This document shows, in pieces, positions 1 through 9,459 of a stretch of 64,000 nt of DNA. Under the pieces are notes generated by a model. It saw nothing but the letters and a program-made list of their open reading frames with translations. It was not told the DNA's origin and made no database searches. The translations under genes and the position numbers were made by a program. The stretch is from an uncultured Candidatus Saccharibacteria bacterium (GTDB lineage Bacteria; Patescibacteriota; Minisyncoccia; Phycocordibacterales; CAIRYW01). The DNA is taken from positions 69,743 to 133,742 of the forward strand of contig CAYUPH010000002.1 of assembly GCA_964446625.1 (NCBI GenBank), in the 5' to 3' direction. The first letter of the stretch is position 1, and each line of letters opens with the position of its first letter.

Positions 1-168
1 TACGCAGCTCGGTCAGGCAAAATGTTTATATCAATCACACTATCTCCATTTTTTTCTTCTGTACTTTCTACTTCTGCAAGATGTTTTTCAAAAAGAGAAA
101 CAACAGCCTCAACTTGAGGAAGAGGTTTTTCAAAAAATGTTTGTAGTAAATTATACGAGACTTTCATA
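1..168 (-). CDS. pheT: phenylalanine--tRNA ligase beta subunit, N-terminal fragment (continues beyond window start)
   Basis: Minus-strand translation from ATG at 168 gives MKVSYNLLQTFFEKPLPQVEAVVSLFEKHLAEVESTEE..., which matches the conserved PheT N-terminus (M-K-x-S-Y-x-W-L); it lies downstream of pheS on the same strand. Confidence 0.6.
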
Positions 169-181
169 TGAAGTTAATTAA

Positions 182-823
182 TTATTCATTATTTTTCATA
201 CACCCTTCTTTTTCTTTCGCTTTCTTCAGTCTTTGCTCTTCTGAAATAATATATTTGTTCTTTTTTAAACTCTCTCCTTTATATTGATTTGGCACAATAT
301 AATAGAGTCTATCTGCTCTATCAATCCATGCATCCGAACATGGTCCTGGCGTATCACCATTTTCATGGTCCCAAAAAACTAATTTATCGCCATCAAAACC
401 TAGTAGCATTATTTCGTTATAACTACCGAGAGGGCTTACTTCCATATTATCCGTAAAAATTTTCTCGGAAAATTGTGCTCTGCCAAGGTAACCAGTGTCT
501 AGATTCTTAATTGTATCGGCATTAAAATCATATTTCTCAATATATGATTGATTTTCAAATCCATTATTTGCATAGAAAAATACATACGGTTTGTTTGAAA
601 AAGTAACAACTGGAAGTGGTCCATTACCGTTTGAGCTCCATAGATTTAATTCCACCAAGTTTTTAGCGTATTTTTGTTTGAGTTCTTCCTTACTAAAACT
701 ATCAAATGATTTTACTTTACCAACTCTTTCAGTTTCGTTATTATCTTTTCTGTAACTAGAAATAATCAAAAATAATCCTAAAACAATAATGATGCCAGCA
801 ACTATGTTTATTTTTTTATTCAT
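182..823 (-). CDS. hypothetical membrane-anchored protein (N-terminal TM helix)
   Basis: 213 aa ORF with hydrophobic N-terminus IVAGIIIVLGLFLIISS; no recognisable catalytic motif; inserted between pheS and pheT. Confidence 0.45.
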   Translation of the reverse strand: MNKKINIVAGIIIVLGLFLIISSYRKDNNETERVGKVKSFDSFSKEELKQKYAKNLVELNLWSSNGNGPLPVVTFSNKPYVFFYANNGFENQSYIEKYDFNADTIKNLDTGYLGRAQFSEKIFTDNMEVSPLGSYNEIMLLGFDGDKLVFWDHENGDTPGPCSDAWIDRADRLYYIVPNQYKGESLKKNKYIISEEQRLKKAKEKEGCMKNNE

Positions 824-866
824 TTTCCTTTCTACTTTCTACTTTTAACTTTCTACTCTTTTCTTT

Positions 867-1580
867 CTAAAACTGATTAACAAGCCGAAGGTCGCCACTA
901 TAAATCATTCGAATATCATCGATTCCGTACTTTAGCATCACCATTCGGTCAATTCCTCCACCAAACGCAAAACCTTGGTATTTTTCTGGATCAATCCCAG
1001 CATTGCGAAGTACATTTGGATGCACGAGTCCAGCTCCCATCATTTCAAGTGTCTTTCCTTTCCATTTCATTGCAACTTCTACCCCCGGCTCAACAAAAGG
1101 AAAAAAAGATGGTCTAAAGATTATCTCTACATCTTCTCCAAAATATCCTTTAAACAAGTGAAGAAGAGTTCCTTTGAGTTCTGCCATTGAGACTTTTTCT
1201 GCAACAAAGAGCCCTTCAACCTGGTAGAACTGCGCTTCATGCGTCGCGTCTGTCGCTTCGTTTCTGTACACCTTCCCAGGCACGATAATTGCGCAGGGTG
1301 CGCCGTGCTTTTCTAGGTACCTAATTTGAACAGGTGAAGTATGTGTCCGAAGGAGGTCTTTGCTATTTTTGTCTTTGGTTCCCGATCCGCCACTTAGCCA
1401 AAAAGTATCCTGCATATCTCGCGCAGGGTGATCAGAAGGAATGTTGAGAGCATCAAAGTTATACCACTCACTTTCTGCTTCAGGACCCGATACAGTCGAA
1501 AAGCCAATTTTAGACATTATCCTTATAATATCGTCTATCGCCTGTGTAATTATGTGTGGTCGTCCTTTTTTTTCTTCCAT
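867..1580 (-). CDS. pheS: phenylalanine--tRNA ligase alpha subunit, catalytic core only (lacks N-terminal helical domain)
   Basis: 237 aa; class II aaRS motifs including FRPSFFPFVEPG and GAGLVHPNVL; the alignment begins near residue 100 of canonical PheS. Confidence 0.85.
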   Translation of the reverse strand: MEEKKGRPHIITQAIDDIIRIMSKIGFSTVSGPEAESEWYNFDALNIPSDHPARDMQDTFWLSGGSGTKDKNSKDLLRTHTSPVQIRYLEKHGAPCAIIVPGKVYRNEATDATHEAQFYQVEGLFVAEKVSMAELKGTLLHLFKGYFGEDVEIIFRPSFFPFVEPGVEVAMKWKGKTLEMMGAGLVHPNVLRNAGIDPEKYQGFAFGGGIDRMVMLKYGIDDIRMIYSGDLRLVNQF

Positions 1581-1638
1581 TTTCTCTAGTCTACCAAACT
1601 TTGGGATAATTTAAAGACGACTTCCAAAATCGTCAAAA

Positions 1639-2883
1639 GTGATGTATAATCACAGTGTGGCAGATGTAACCCTATTCTTCAATTATTTTGTTATCTTTAT
1701 AACCCTCTACTTCGAGGTTTTTCTTTTAATTTCCCTCTTAGAGAAGAAACAAAGCCTATGGAATGACGAAGAGGAGTACACTCCTCCTGTCACAATTGTT
1801 GTACCTTGCTACAACGAGGAAAAGACTATTGCAGGAACCCTTGATTCCCTCCTTGCACTTGATTACCCGAGGGATATGATGCGAATAATGGTTATTGACG
1901 ATGGTTCAACAGACGGATCACAAAACGCCCTCCTACCCTACAAAGAAAACCCTATGATTGAAGTATACAAAAAAGAAAATGGTGGAAAGTACACCGCTCT
2001 CAACTTTGCAATCGAGAAATGCACTACTCCCTTTATTGGCTGTCTCGACGCTGACTCCTTTGTTATGCCGGGAGCTTTGCGCAGAATAGTCGCAGAATTT
2101 AAAGACCCAAAGACCATGGCTGTGACTCCAAGCATGGTAATTCATACTCCAAACACTTTTATACAAAAGCTTCAAAAATCAGAGTACAACTATGGAAATT
2201 TTACGCGAAAATTGCTTGCTCAAATTGGGTCTCTGCACGTTACCCCTGGACCCTTCTCGTTTTTTAGAACAGAAGTATTTGATAAAGTCGGCGGGTACAG
2301 GCATGCACACAATACAGAAGATATGGAAATGGCGATGCGCCTACAAAAGCATGGCCTAAAGATAGCGAACGCTGAAGGAGCTCTTGTTTACACTGTGGGG
2401 CCAGACACATTTAAAAAACTATATAAACAGCGAGTAAGGTGGGTAGGTGGGTTTATTGGAAACATTATAGATTACAGACACATGGTATTTAACAGAAAGT
2501 ATGGAGACCTAGGACTTGTTGTTCTTCCATTTACTATCTTTAGTACAACTATTTCAATTGGGTTTGTCCTTATAAATCTCTGGAGAATACTTCACAAAGT
2601 CTGGGAGCATATTGTTCGTTTTCAAGTTGTAGGATTTTCGTTGCCAAAGTTTGGAGAAATTAATTGGTTCTTCTTTAATAACAGCGCATTTTCTATGCTT
2701 GCAATTTTTTCAATTATTCTTAGTGTTTACCTTATCCATCTGGGGCAAAAAATGGCTACAGGAAAATGGACATTTTCTTTTGAAGCAATTTATTTTATCC
2801 TATTATACGGGAGCCTTACACCAATATGGCTAGTAAAAGCAATTTATAATAATATAATTGGAAAAGACGCCTCATGGCGATAA
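1639..2883 (+). CDS. family 2 glycosyltransferase, processive membrane synthase type (PgaC/IcaA/cellulose-synthase-like)
   Basis: N-terminal TM, VVPCYNEE, DDGSTDGS, DAD and QRVRW (QxxRW) motifs, followed by C-terminal TM helices. Confidence 0.7.
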   Translation: MMYNHSVADVTLFFNYFVIFITLYFEVFLLISLLEKKQSLWNDEEEYTPPVTIVVPCYNEEKTIAGTLDSLLALDYPRDMMRIMVIDDGSTDGSQNALLPYKENPMIEVYKKENGGKYTALNFAIEKCTTPFIGCLDADSFVMPGALRRIVAEFKDPKTMAVTPSMVIHTPNTFIQKLQKSEYNYGNFTRKLLAQIGSLHVTPGPFSFFRTEVFDKVGGYRHAHNTEDMEMAMRLQKHGLKIANAEGALVYTVGPDTFKKLYKQRVRWVGGFIGNIIDYRHMVFNRKYGDLGLVVLPFTIFSTTISIGFVLINLWRILHKVWEHIVRFQVVGFSLPKFGEINWFFFNNSAFSMLAIFSIILSVYLIHLGQKMATGKWTFSFEAIYFILLYGSLTPIWLVKAIYNNIIGKDASWR

Positions 2884-3587
2884 AAACTATGGAAAACCAA
2901 AACAGACATGTTGATTGGAGAAAATACCTTATTGCATTCCTTATAACAGGAGCAATTTTTGGTACCGCTCTCTATACAAATAATTATTTAAACAATAAAC
3001 GAATGTATGAGATAAAGCAGATTCAAGACGCAATCTCTATTAACATTCTATCTTCTGAAACAGAGTTCTCTCTTCTTTCAGATGTTACTTGTACTGATGG
3101 TAGCGATATTACCCTCGCTCACGAGCTAAACGAAATTGCTACTCGAATCTCATATGGTGAAAACAATATCAATTCAAATAAAGGAGAAATCGAAAATCTA
3201 AAGAAATACTACTCTCTCCTTCAAATCAAAGACTACCTCCTTTCAAAAAAAGTAGCCGAAAAGTGTAAGCAAAAAATGGTTATCGCGATGTACTTTTATG
3301 GAAACGGCTGTGACGAATGTATTAAACAAGGCTTTATTGTTGATGCACTTCGAAAAAAATACCCCGAACTAAAGATTTACTCTTTTGACGGAAGCCTTGG
3401 CCTTTCTGCACTATCTTCTTTTATGAAGACTCTAAAAGTAGATACTTACCCGACACTCATTATCGGAGGAAAGAAATACGGTCCTTTTACAACTCTTGAA
3501 GAGATGGAAAAAACCGTTCCCGAGATAAAGACTCTACAGACAGAACTAGAATCAAAAGAAAAAGCAGCTACCACAACAAAGAAATAG
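2874..3587 (+). CDS. thioredoxin-like fold membrane-anchored protein (CxxC)
   Basis: 237 aa with N-terminal TM; YGNGCDEC CxxC motif in a thioredoxin-like context; its start overlaps the upstream GT2 by 10 nt. Confidence 0.4.
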   Translation: MAIKTMENQNRHVDWRKYLIAFLITGAIFGTALYTNNYLNNKRMYEIKQIQDAISINILSSETEFSLLSDVTCTDGSDITLAHELNEIATRISYGENNINSNKGEIENLKKYYSLLQIKDYLLSKKVAEKCKQKMVIAMYFYGNGCDECIKQGFIVDALRKKYPELKIYSFDGSLGLSALSSFMKTLKVDTYPTLIIGGKKYGPFTTLEEMEKTVPEIKTLQTELESKEKAATTTKK

Positions 3588-3593
3588 CTAAAA

Positions 3594-3624
3594 CAAAAAC
3601 CTCCCACAAGGGAGGTTTTTGTTT
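3594..3624. terminator. palindromic bidirectional rho-independent terminator AAAAACCTCCC-ACAA-GGGAGGTTTTT
   Basis: Perfect hairpin flanked by an A-run and a T-run, lying between convergent genes ending at 3587 (+) and 3648 (-). Confidence 0.6.
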
Positions 3625-3647
3625 TAGCTAAGAGGTCTCTATGTTTA

Positions 3648-5129
3648 TTAATATTCATAAATGAAAGAGTTTCCCCACCCTTTTGAACATTCGTAGACTT
3701 TTTTGAAATTGCTATTTAAATCTTCATTAATCTTCTGATTTGTCATGTCGTAGTTCGCAAAGAATATATATACCTTCCTGTCGCCGTAAGTACCACTTAA
3801 AACATTTTTAAATATTGTTAGGTCCCATGGGTCCGGGTACAGACGCACTTCTTTTTGGGTGTAATAATGAACAATTGGTAATTGATTGGTTATTATAAGA
3901 GAATTTTTATCAATTGATTCGTCTCCTAAAAATTTATTTCCTTCAGAGAAACACAGATTTCCCCCTGAGACGGAATTTTGATACTCGGTTTTAAACATAC
4001 TCCAAAGCGACACTATCAAAATAGCGCATAATAGTCCAAAGATAATTTTTTTAAACTTTCCAAGCTTACTCATAAAAAAACCAGTAAGAATACACATAGC
4101 CGGGACAATGGGCATAATAAATCTTTCTTCCTTATGAGGCATATACATTAGCATAAGATAAAAGAAAATTATCCAAGTTAAAAGAAAATAAATTTCTTTT
4201 TTAAGAAACTCTTTTTTTATAAAAATAAAAAGTAAAGAAAATAAGAAAAATATTCCAAGGGCAGAAAAGATTTGCCATGAATTTATAAAAAAGAAGTTCC
4301 ATGACTGCACCCCTCCCCAATAACCTGCCGCCTTAAAACCGTGTAGAAATGCTCCAAATATATTGCCATAATATTTTAAACCATATATAAACCACGGAAG
4401 TAATGTCAAAAGAAAAGCTCCTACTGCAAGCCATAGATATTTGTCTTTCAAGAACTTTAATGACTTATCTCTAATAAGGAAATAAAATAGAAATATAGGA
4501 ATTATCCATAACGTTGTATAGCGTGCGTACAGCGACAATGCTAGAAATAATCCAAACAAAACCTTGTGTTTCTTCTTTTCTTTTTCATACCCCTCCCAAA
4601 AACTAATAAAAGTGAGTAGTAAAAAGAAAACAACAAGAGGATCGGTCCAGATCTTTCCGCTGTACAACACATGAATTGGTACTAATGAAAACAAAATTGC
4701 TGAAGATAATCCTATTTTTTTATTAAATAGTTTTTTTCCAAAAACATACACCAAAAGTACACTGGCAGTACCAAAAAAAGGAATAATTAATTGGATTAGG
4801 AAATTTAATTTGAAAACATAAAAAATCGAAAGAATATAAGGTAAGAGAGGGGCACGAAATCCAATGTTTGGCCAGCCATAAACTACGTCTGAAGATGGTA
4901 TGAAGTCATTCCACTTACTATTTTGCAAAGAATAAAATAAAGGATATCTACTTAAATCATGACCTAAATTCAAATAGACAGTTTCGTCCCATCCACGCAG
5001 GGGCGAATAAAGCGTAAATCCAATTCTTAGTAGAAATGAAAAAGCTAATACTAAAACGACTAACCTGTCCGTCCTATCAATTGCCAAAATCTTTTGCTTT
5101 ATACCTTTAATCATTTCTGAAAAGTCCAT
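3648..5129 (-). CDS. GT39/GT83-family membrane glycosyltransferase (ArnT / PMT-like), uses polyprenyl-phosphate sugar
   Basis: 493 aa with about 12 predicted TM helices, an aromatic-rich YARYTTLWIIPIFLFYF segment, and a downstream partner GT2-GtrA gene overlapping by 19 nt. Confidence 0.55.
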   Translation of the reverse strand: MDFSEMIKGIKQKILAIDRTDRLVVLVLAFSFLLRIGFTLYSPLRGWDETVYLNLGHDLSRYPLFYSLQNSKWNDFIPSSDVVYGWPNIGFRAPLLPYILSIFYVFKLNFLIQLIIPFFGTASVLLVYVFGKKLFNKKIGLSSAILFSLVPIHVLYSGKIWTDPLVVFFLLLTFISFWEGYEKEKKKHKVLFGLFLALSLYARYTTLWIIPIFLFYFLIRDKSLKFLKDKYLWLAVGAFLLTLLPWFIYGLKYYGNIFGAFLHGFKAAGYWGGVQSWNFFFINSWQIFSALGIFFLFSLLFIFIKKEFLKKEIYFLLTWIIFFYLMLMYMPHKEERFIMPIVPAMCILTGFFMSKLGKFKKIIFGLLCAILIVSLWSMFKTEYQNSVSGGNLCFSEGNKFLGDESIDKNSLIITNQLPIVHYYTQKEVRLYPDPWDLTIFKNVLSGTYGDRKVYIFFANYDMTNQKINEDLNSNFKKVYECSKGWGNSFIYEY

Positions 5130-6175
5130 ATCTTGTTTCCAATAAAGTTTATCATTAGTGAGATTCCAATAGCTATAATCTGCGAAATGATGTAGTAGAT
5201 TCCTAAAAACTCAGTAAATATATAAAGAAAAAGTAAATTTACAGATAATGCTGACAAACTAACGAGAAAAAAGATATTATATTCTTTTATTATTCTGTCC
5301 TGTATCTTTTCCCTGAAAGTCCACACTTTATTAAAAATAAAGTTCACTGTGACGGCAATACAGAAAGCAAAGAAGGCTGAAATTACATAGTAGACGCCTA
5401 AGTATTCAGTTAGTGTATACATTATAGACACATTCACAATAGTTCCAATAAGTCCCACAAATGCAAATTTAAAAAACTGCAATATAACTTCTTTTTTATA
5501 TGGAAGGTACTTTATCAAATTTTGTAGATAATAAATAATTTCCTTTGCTCCCGCCTTGCTTTTACCTACTGTGCGATTTGTAAAAGTGATAGGAACTTCT
5601 ACTATTTTTCTGCAATTAAGCTTTATTAAAAGTTCGAGCAAAATCTTAAAACCTTTTGGATTTATTTCTTTACTCATAACAAATTCTCTTTTGATCATAA
5701 AAAACCCTGACATAGGATCTTTTGTATTTACAAAAACCCTCGCTAAAAGAGTTGCTCCCTTCGATAGAATTTTTCTATACAAATTCCAACCCTCTATTCT
5801 CCCTCCTTTTACATACCTGCTTCCAATAACTAAATCTGCACCACTTTTTACTACATGATACATCTCTCCTATCTTTTGAGCGGGATGGCTTAAATCTGCA
5901 TCCATAACTCCTACAATATCGCCTTTTGCAATCTTAAAACCATCTGTAACAGCAGACGAAAGTCCTAATTTTCCTTCCCTATGAATCACCTCTAGATTTT
6001 GATTATCTTTTTTTAACCTCTCTAAAACTTCACCTGTACCGTCAGGTGAATTATCATCTACAAAAATCATCTCTCCGTCAATTTGCTCTTTTTGAAATTG
6101 CTCTTTTATTTGAGAGACGAGCTTTAGAACATTTTCTTTTTCGTTATAGGTTGGAATTATCAGACTGAATTTCAT
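5111..6175 (-). CDS. polyprenyl-phosphate glycosyltransferase (GT2, DPM1/ArnC-like) fused to a GtrA-like C-terminal membrane domain
   Basis: MKFSLIIPTYNEKEN, DDNSPDGT and DADLSHP motifs; four C-terminal TM helices with a GtrA signature (KFAFVGLIGTIVNVSIMY). Confidence 0.65.
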   Translation of the reverse strand: MKFSLIIPTYNEKENVLKLVSQIKEQFQKEQIDGEMIFVDDNSPDGTGEVLERLKKDNQNLEVIHREGKLGLSSAVTDGFKIAKGDIVGVMDADLSHPAQKIGEMYHVVKSGADLVIGSRYVKGGRIEGWNLYRKILSKGATLLARVFVNTKDPMSGFFMIKREFVMSKEINPKGFKILLELLIKLNCRKIVEVPITFTNRTVGKSKAGAKEIIYYLQNLIKYLPYKKEVILQFFKFAFVGLIGTIVNVSIMYTLTEYLGVYYVISAFFAFCIAVTVNFIFNKVWTFREKIQDRIIKEYNIFFLVSLSALSVNLLFLYIFTEFLGIYYIISQIIAIGISLMINFIGNKIWTFQK

Positions 6176-6275
6176 AAAGTTTCTAATTAAACTTAGTACA
6201 ATTAGTCAAAACTATATTAACACAGTTTGTTTTTTTAATTTAATAGCCCATGACTAAGTATTCTTCTACAAAAAA

Positions 6276-6312
6276 ACAAAAACCTCCCGCATGGGAGGTT
6301 TTTGTTTTTTTT
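6276..6312. terminator. palindromic terminator AAAAACCTCCC-GCAT-GGGAGGTTTTTGTTTTTTTTT
   Basis: Hairpin plus a long T-run immediately 3' of the minus-strand tRNA-Thr and downstream of the plus-strand region; same family as the hairpins at 3594 and 30646. Confidence 0.55.
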
Positions 6313-6388
6313 TGGAGCCGCTTCTCGGGCTTGAACCGAGGACCCACAGTTTACAAAACTGTTGCTCTACCAACTGAGCTAAAGCGGC
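6313..6388 (-). tRNA. tRNA-Thr (anticodon UGU), CCA encoded
   Basis: Reverse complement GCCGCTTTAGCTCAGTTGGTAGAGCAACAGTTTTGTAAACTGTGGGTCCTCGGTTCAAGCCCGAGAAGCGGCTCCA folds as a cloverleaf with a 7-bp acceptor stem, GCTC/GAGC D stem, ACAGT/ACTGT anticodon stem with loop TTTGTAA, and CTCGG/CCGAG T stem with a TTCAAGC loop. Confidence 0.8.
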
Positions 6389-6391
6389 GTG

Positions 6392-6763
6392 TTATTTTTT
6401 AAGGCTTTCTGCGTGCTCTTTTACTGATGTAAGGAAAAAAGAAACCGCTCCTCTATTCTTTGGAATATCCTTCCCTTTTACTGCGTCAATTATGTGCGCA
6501 ATTCGAGGTCGAATAACCTTCTTGAGTTGCTCTCCCACTATAATACTTTTCTTTACCGTAAAGTAAAGTCCCTGCTTTCCGACATACTTTGGATACTCTT
6601 TTGCAAAGACACACACATTTCCAACACACACTTTTATCTTCTCATCAGCATTAAAGTGAAGAGGAATAAAAGCTTTTCCTGCTGTTAACTCTCGATACCG
6701 GTTAAGTATCATAAAGACAATAACAAGAAGTGAAACGCTAAAAATTGTAATTGCAAAAATCAT
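6392..6763 (-). CDS. hypothetical small membrane-anchored protein
   Basis: 123 aa with N-terminal TM IFAITIFSVSLLVIVFMIL; directly downstream of tsf; no known motif recognised. Confidence 0.4.
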   Translation of the reverse strand: MIFAITIFSVSLLVIVFMILNRYRELTAGKAFIPLHFNADEKIKVCVGNVCVFAKEYPKYVGKQGLYFTVKKSIIVGEQLKKVIRPRIAHIIDAVKGKDIPKNRGAVSFFLTSVKEHAESLKK

Positions 6764-6765
6764 AT

Positions 6766-7350
6766 TTATGCTCCAGTCGAAAAGCGTGCGAATTTACCGA
6801 TTTCAGTCTTTTCGCCGAATTTCTGGACAGCACCTTCAAGAAGTCCTCCAATTGTGATGTCTGGGTTCTTCACAAATGGTTGATCAAGAAGAACCATGTC
6901 TTTAAAGTAAGCATCGAGCTTTCCTTTAAGGATTGTTTCTTTCATGTTCTCTGGTTTTCCTTCAACTTCTTTTTGGAAAACCTCTTTTGCTTTTTCTTTC
7001 GCATCTTCTGGAATTTGGTCAGAAGTAAGATAAAGAGGAGAAGTAGCAGCAATATGCATTGCTATATCTTTTGCAAGAGTCTTAAACTCTTCATTTTTTG
7101 CAACGAAATCAGTTTCGCACCAAAGTTCTACCATTGCTCCCACTGAACCTGTGCTGTGAATATAAGCTTGGACCACCCCCGCTCCTAGAGTTCTATCAGA
7201 TTTTTTTCCGGCAATTTCCGCTCCTTTTTTTCGGAGGATTACAAGAGCTTTTTCAATATCTCCTCCTGCATCTTCAAGTGCTTTTCGGCACTGCATAATT
7301 GAGATACCTGTCTTGTCTCTTAATTCTTTTACTTGCTCGGTTGAAATCAT
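6766..7350 (-). CDS. tsf: translation elongation factor Ts (short form)
   Basis: N-terminal UBA-like ISTEQVKELRDKTGISIMQCRKALEDAGGDIEKAL and the TDFVAKNEEF motif; sits in the rpsB-tsf arrangement. Confidence 0.85.
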   Translation of the reverse strand: MISTEQVKELRDKTGISIMQCRKALEDAGGDIEKALVILRKKGAEIAGKKSDRTLGAGVVQAYIHSTGSVGAMVELWCETDFVAKNEEFKTLAKDIAMHIAATSPLYLTSDQIPEDAKEKAKEVFQKEVEGKPENMKETILKGKLDAYFKDMVLLDQPFVKNPDITIGGLLEGAVQKFGEKTEIGKFARFSTGA

Positions 7351-7381
7351 AGTATTAAATGAACAAAAACTTTTAATTATT

Positions 7382-8068
7382 TTATTTGAGTGCGTTTACA
7401 ATCTTGTCTGTAAAGAATGCGACACTCGCCCTTGCTGTATCATTTGCAGCAATTGCGTAGTTTACTTTTGAAAGATCGCAGTCGCTTGAAGCAAGTGCAA
7501 TAACTGGAATATTCATTTTCTTTGCTTCAGTCACTGCAATATCTTCTTTCTTTGAGTCGATAACAAAAAGAAGGTCAGGAAGTCGGTTTAGAGATCGAAG
7601 TCCCCCGAAATTCTTCTCCAGGTTTTCAATCTCTCTATCAATGAGAAGTCGTTCTTTCTTTGTGTATTTTGTAAGCTCGTTCTTTGCTTTCCTTTGATTT
7701 AGATCCTCAAGCTTTGACACTCGCTTTTTTGTCTGTTCAAAGTTTGTAAGAGTTCCTCCAATCCATCTACCAGACACAAAAGGAAGTCCCGCTCGCTCTG
7801 CAGCGTTTCGAACAATGTCTTTTGCTTCGCTTTTAGAAGTAACAAAAAGAGCTAGTCTCTTTTCTTTTGGAAGTGAGGCAATAAACTCTTCTACCTTCCT
7901 AAGCATCTCTTCTGTTTTCTCGAGATCGATGATTTCAGTACCATTTTTAGCACCGAAAATAACCTTTTTAAAAGTAGGGTGTCGTCTTGCCTTAGAAAAG
8001 GCAAAATGAGCCCCTGCTTTAAACATTTCTTGTATATCTGCTGACATTTCTGCTTTTTTTACTGACAT
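7382..8068 (-). CDS. rpsB: 30S ribosomal protein S2
   Basis: AGAHFAFSKARRHPTFKK and GGTLTNF motifs; located upstream of tsf. Confidence 0.9.
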   Translation of the reverse strand: MSVKKAEMSADIQEMFKAGAHFAFSKARRHPTFKKVIFGAKNGTEIIDLEKTEEMLRKVEEFIASLPKEKRLALFVTSKSEAKDIVRNAAERAGLPFVSGRWIGGTLTNFEQTKKRVSKLEDLNQRKAKNELTKYTKKERLLIDREIENLEKNFGGLRSLNRLPDLLFVIDSKKEDIAVTEAKKMNIPVIALASSDCDLSKVNYAIAANDTARASVAFFTDKIVNALK

Positions 8069-8117
8069 ATTAGGCTATTTTACCAGGGTTTTTTGATTTT
8101 GCAACCCTTAGAGTCTC

Positions 8118-9101
8118 TTAATCTTCCTCACCCTCTCCTGCCTCAAAAGACTCAGCGTTTGCAAGCGCTTCGACTATTGGGTCAAGTTTCCCTGCTAAAA
8201 TATTGAAAATACTGTGCCAACTCTGTTTTATACGATGGTCTGTGATCCTGTCTTGAAGAAAATTGTATGTTCGAATCTTCTCGCTTCTGTCTCCTGTTCC
8301 AATTTGACCCTTTCTATTCGCAGAAAACTTAGCAGCTTCTTTTTGCTCTTCTTGTTGCTCAAGTTTCGCAATGAGAATAGACATCGCTTTCTCCCTGTTT
8401 TTAAGCTGACTTCGCTCCGAAGTACACCTAACATCAATTCCCGTGGGTTTGTGAATAAGGCGCACCGCTGTTTCTACCTTGTTTACGTTTTGTCCTCCTG
8501 CACCACCTGATCTAGAGAACTCTATATCAAGGTCTGACTCTTTTATTTCTATCTTTGTCTTTTTTCGAATAGGAAGGATTGCCACAGACGCAGTTGATGT
8601 ATGAATTCTTCCTGACTTTTCAGTTGCAGGAACTCTTTGCACTCTATGTACTCCCGTCTCATACTGGAGAATCTTGTACACACCTCTTCCATGAATTTCA
8701 AAAGATGCCTCTTTATAACCTCCAGCTTCACTCTTTGACTCGCTTATTACTTCCCAGGTCCAGCTGTTTGCAAGAGCATACGCCTTGTACATTGCAGAAA
8801 GTTCCTCCGCGAAAAGAGATGCCTCTTCTCCACCAGCACCTGCCCGAACTTCAAGAATAATCTCATTTGGAAACTCTTCCTCAATTTTTTCTGCTTCAGT
8901 AATTTCCTTCATTTGTGCAAGGAGAGCATCTTTTTGAATAGTTATATTTTTCATTTCTTCGGCGCAAAGTGCCTCCATTTCTGGGGACCCATCTTTCATG
9001 GCGCCTACAGATTCCTCTTCTTTCAAAAGCCTCAAAACCTCCTCGGCAAGGAAACGAGTTTTTGGATTTTCTTTGTACTGTTCTATTTCTTTTGTGTCCA
9101 T
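8118..9101 (-). CDS. prfA: peptide chain release factor 1
   Basis: GGQ motif ([18 protein letters not shown]) and PAT tripeptide ([14 protein letters not shown]), consistent with RF1 (P-x-T) rather than RF2 (SPF). Confidence 0.8.
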   Translation of the reverse strand: MDTKEIEQYKENPKTRFLAEEVLRLLKEEESVGAMKDGSPEMEALCAEEMKNITIQKDALLAQMKEITEAEKIEEEFPNEIILEVRAGAGGEEASLFAEELSAMYKAYALANSWTWEVISESKSEAGGYKEASFEIHGRGVYKILQYETGVHRVQRVPATEKSGRIHTSTASVAILPIRKKTKIEIKESDLDIEFSRSGGAGGQNVNKVETAVRLIHKPTGIDVRCTSERSQLKNREKAMSILIAKLEQQEEQKEAAKFSANRKGQIGTGDRSEKIRTYNFLQDRITDHRIKQSWHSIFNILAGKLDPIVEALANAESFEAGEGEED

Positions 9102-9149
9102 AAAATCAAAAGCCCCAAGTGCTTTTACTTGAGGTTTTTGCGGAGTAAT

Positions 9150-9404
9150 TTATTTAGATTTTTTTCCAGCTCTTGCCTTGAACTTATCGATTCGTCCTGC
9201 AGTGTCGATAATATTTTCTGTTCCTGTATAGAATGGGTGTGATGCGCTAGAAATTTCAACTTTTACTAGAGGATATTCTTTTCCATCTTCCCACTTTCCT
9301 GTTTCTTTTGTTGCTACAATAGAAGAAATAAGAAATCGCGCTCCGACTGTGGAATCTTCGAAGATGACTGGTCTATAATTGTCTGGATGAATGTCTTTTT
9401 TCAT
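9150..9404 (-). CDS. rpmE: 50S ribosomal protein L31 (Cys-less, type B-like)
   Basis: [17 protein letters not shown]...HPFYTG; Ser/Ala replace the canonical zinc-binding cysteines. Confidence 0.8.
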   Translation of the reverse strand: MKKDIHPDNYRPVIFEDSTVGARFLISSIVATKETGKWEDGKEYPLVKVEISSASHPFYTGTENIIDTAGRIDKFKARAGKKSK

Positions 9405-9459
9405 ATAGGGCTAAATCTAACAGATTTTCCGATTTTCTGCAAGTAGGCTCTGCTGAAGG

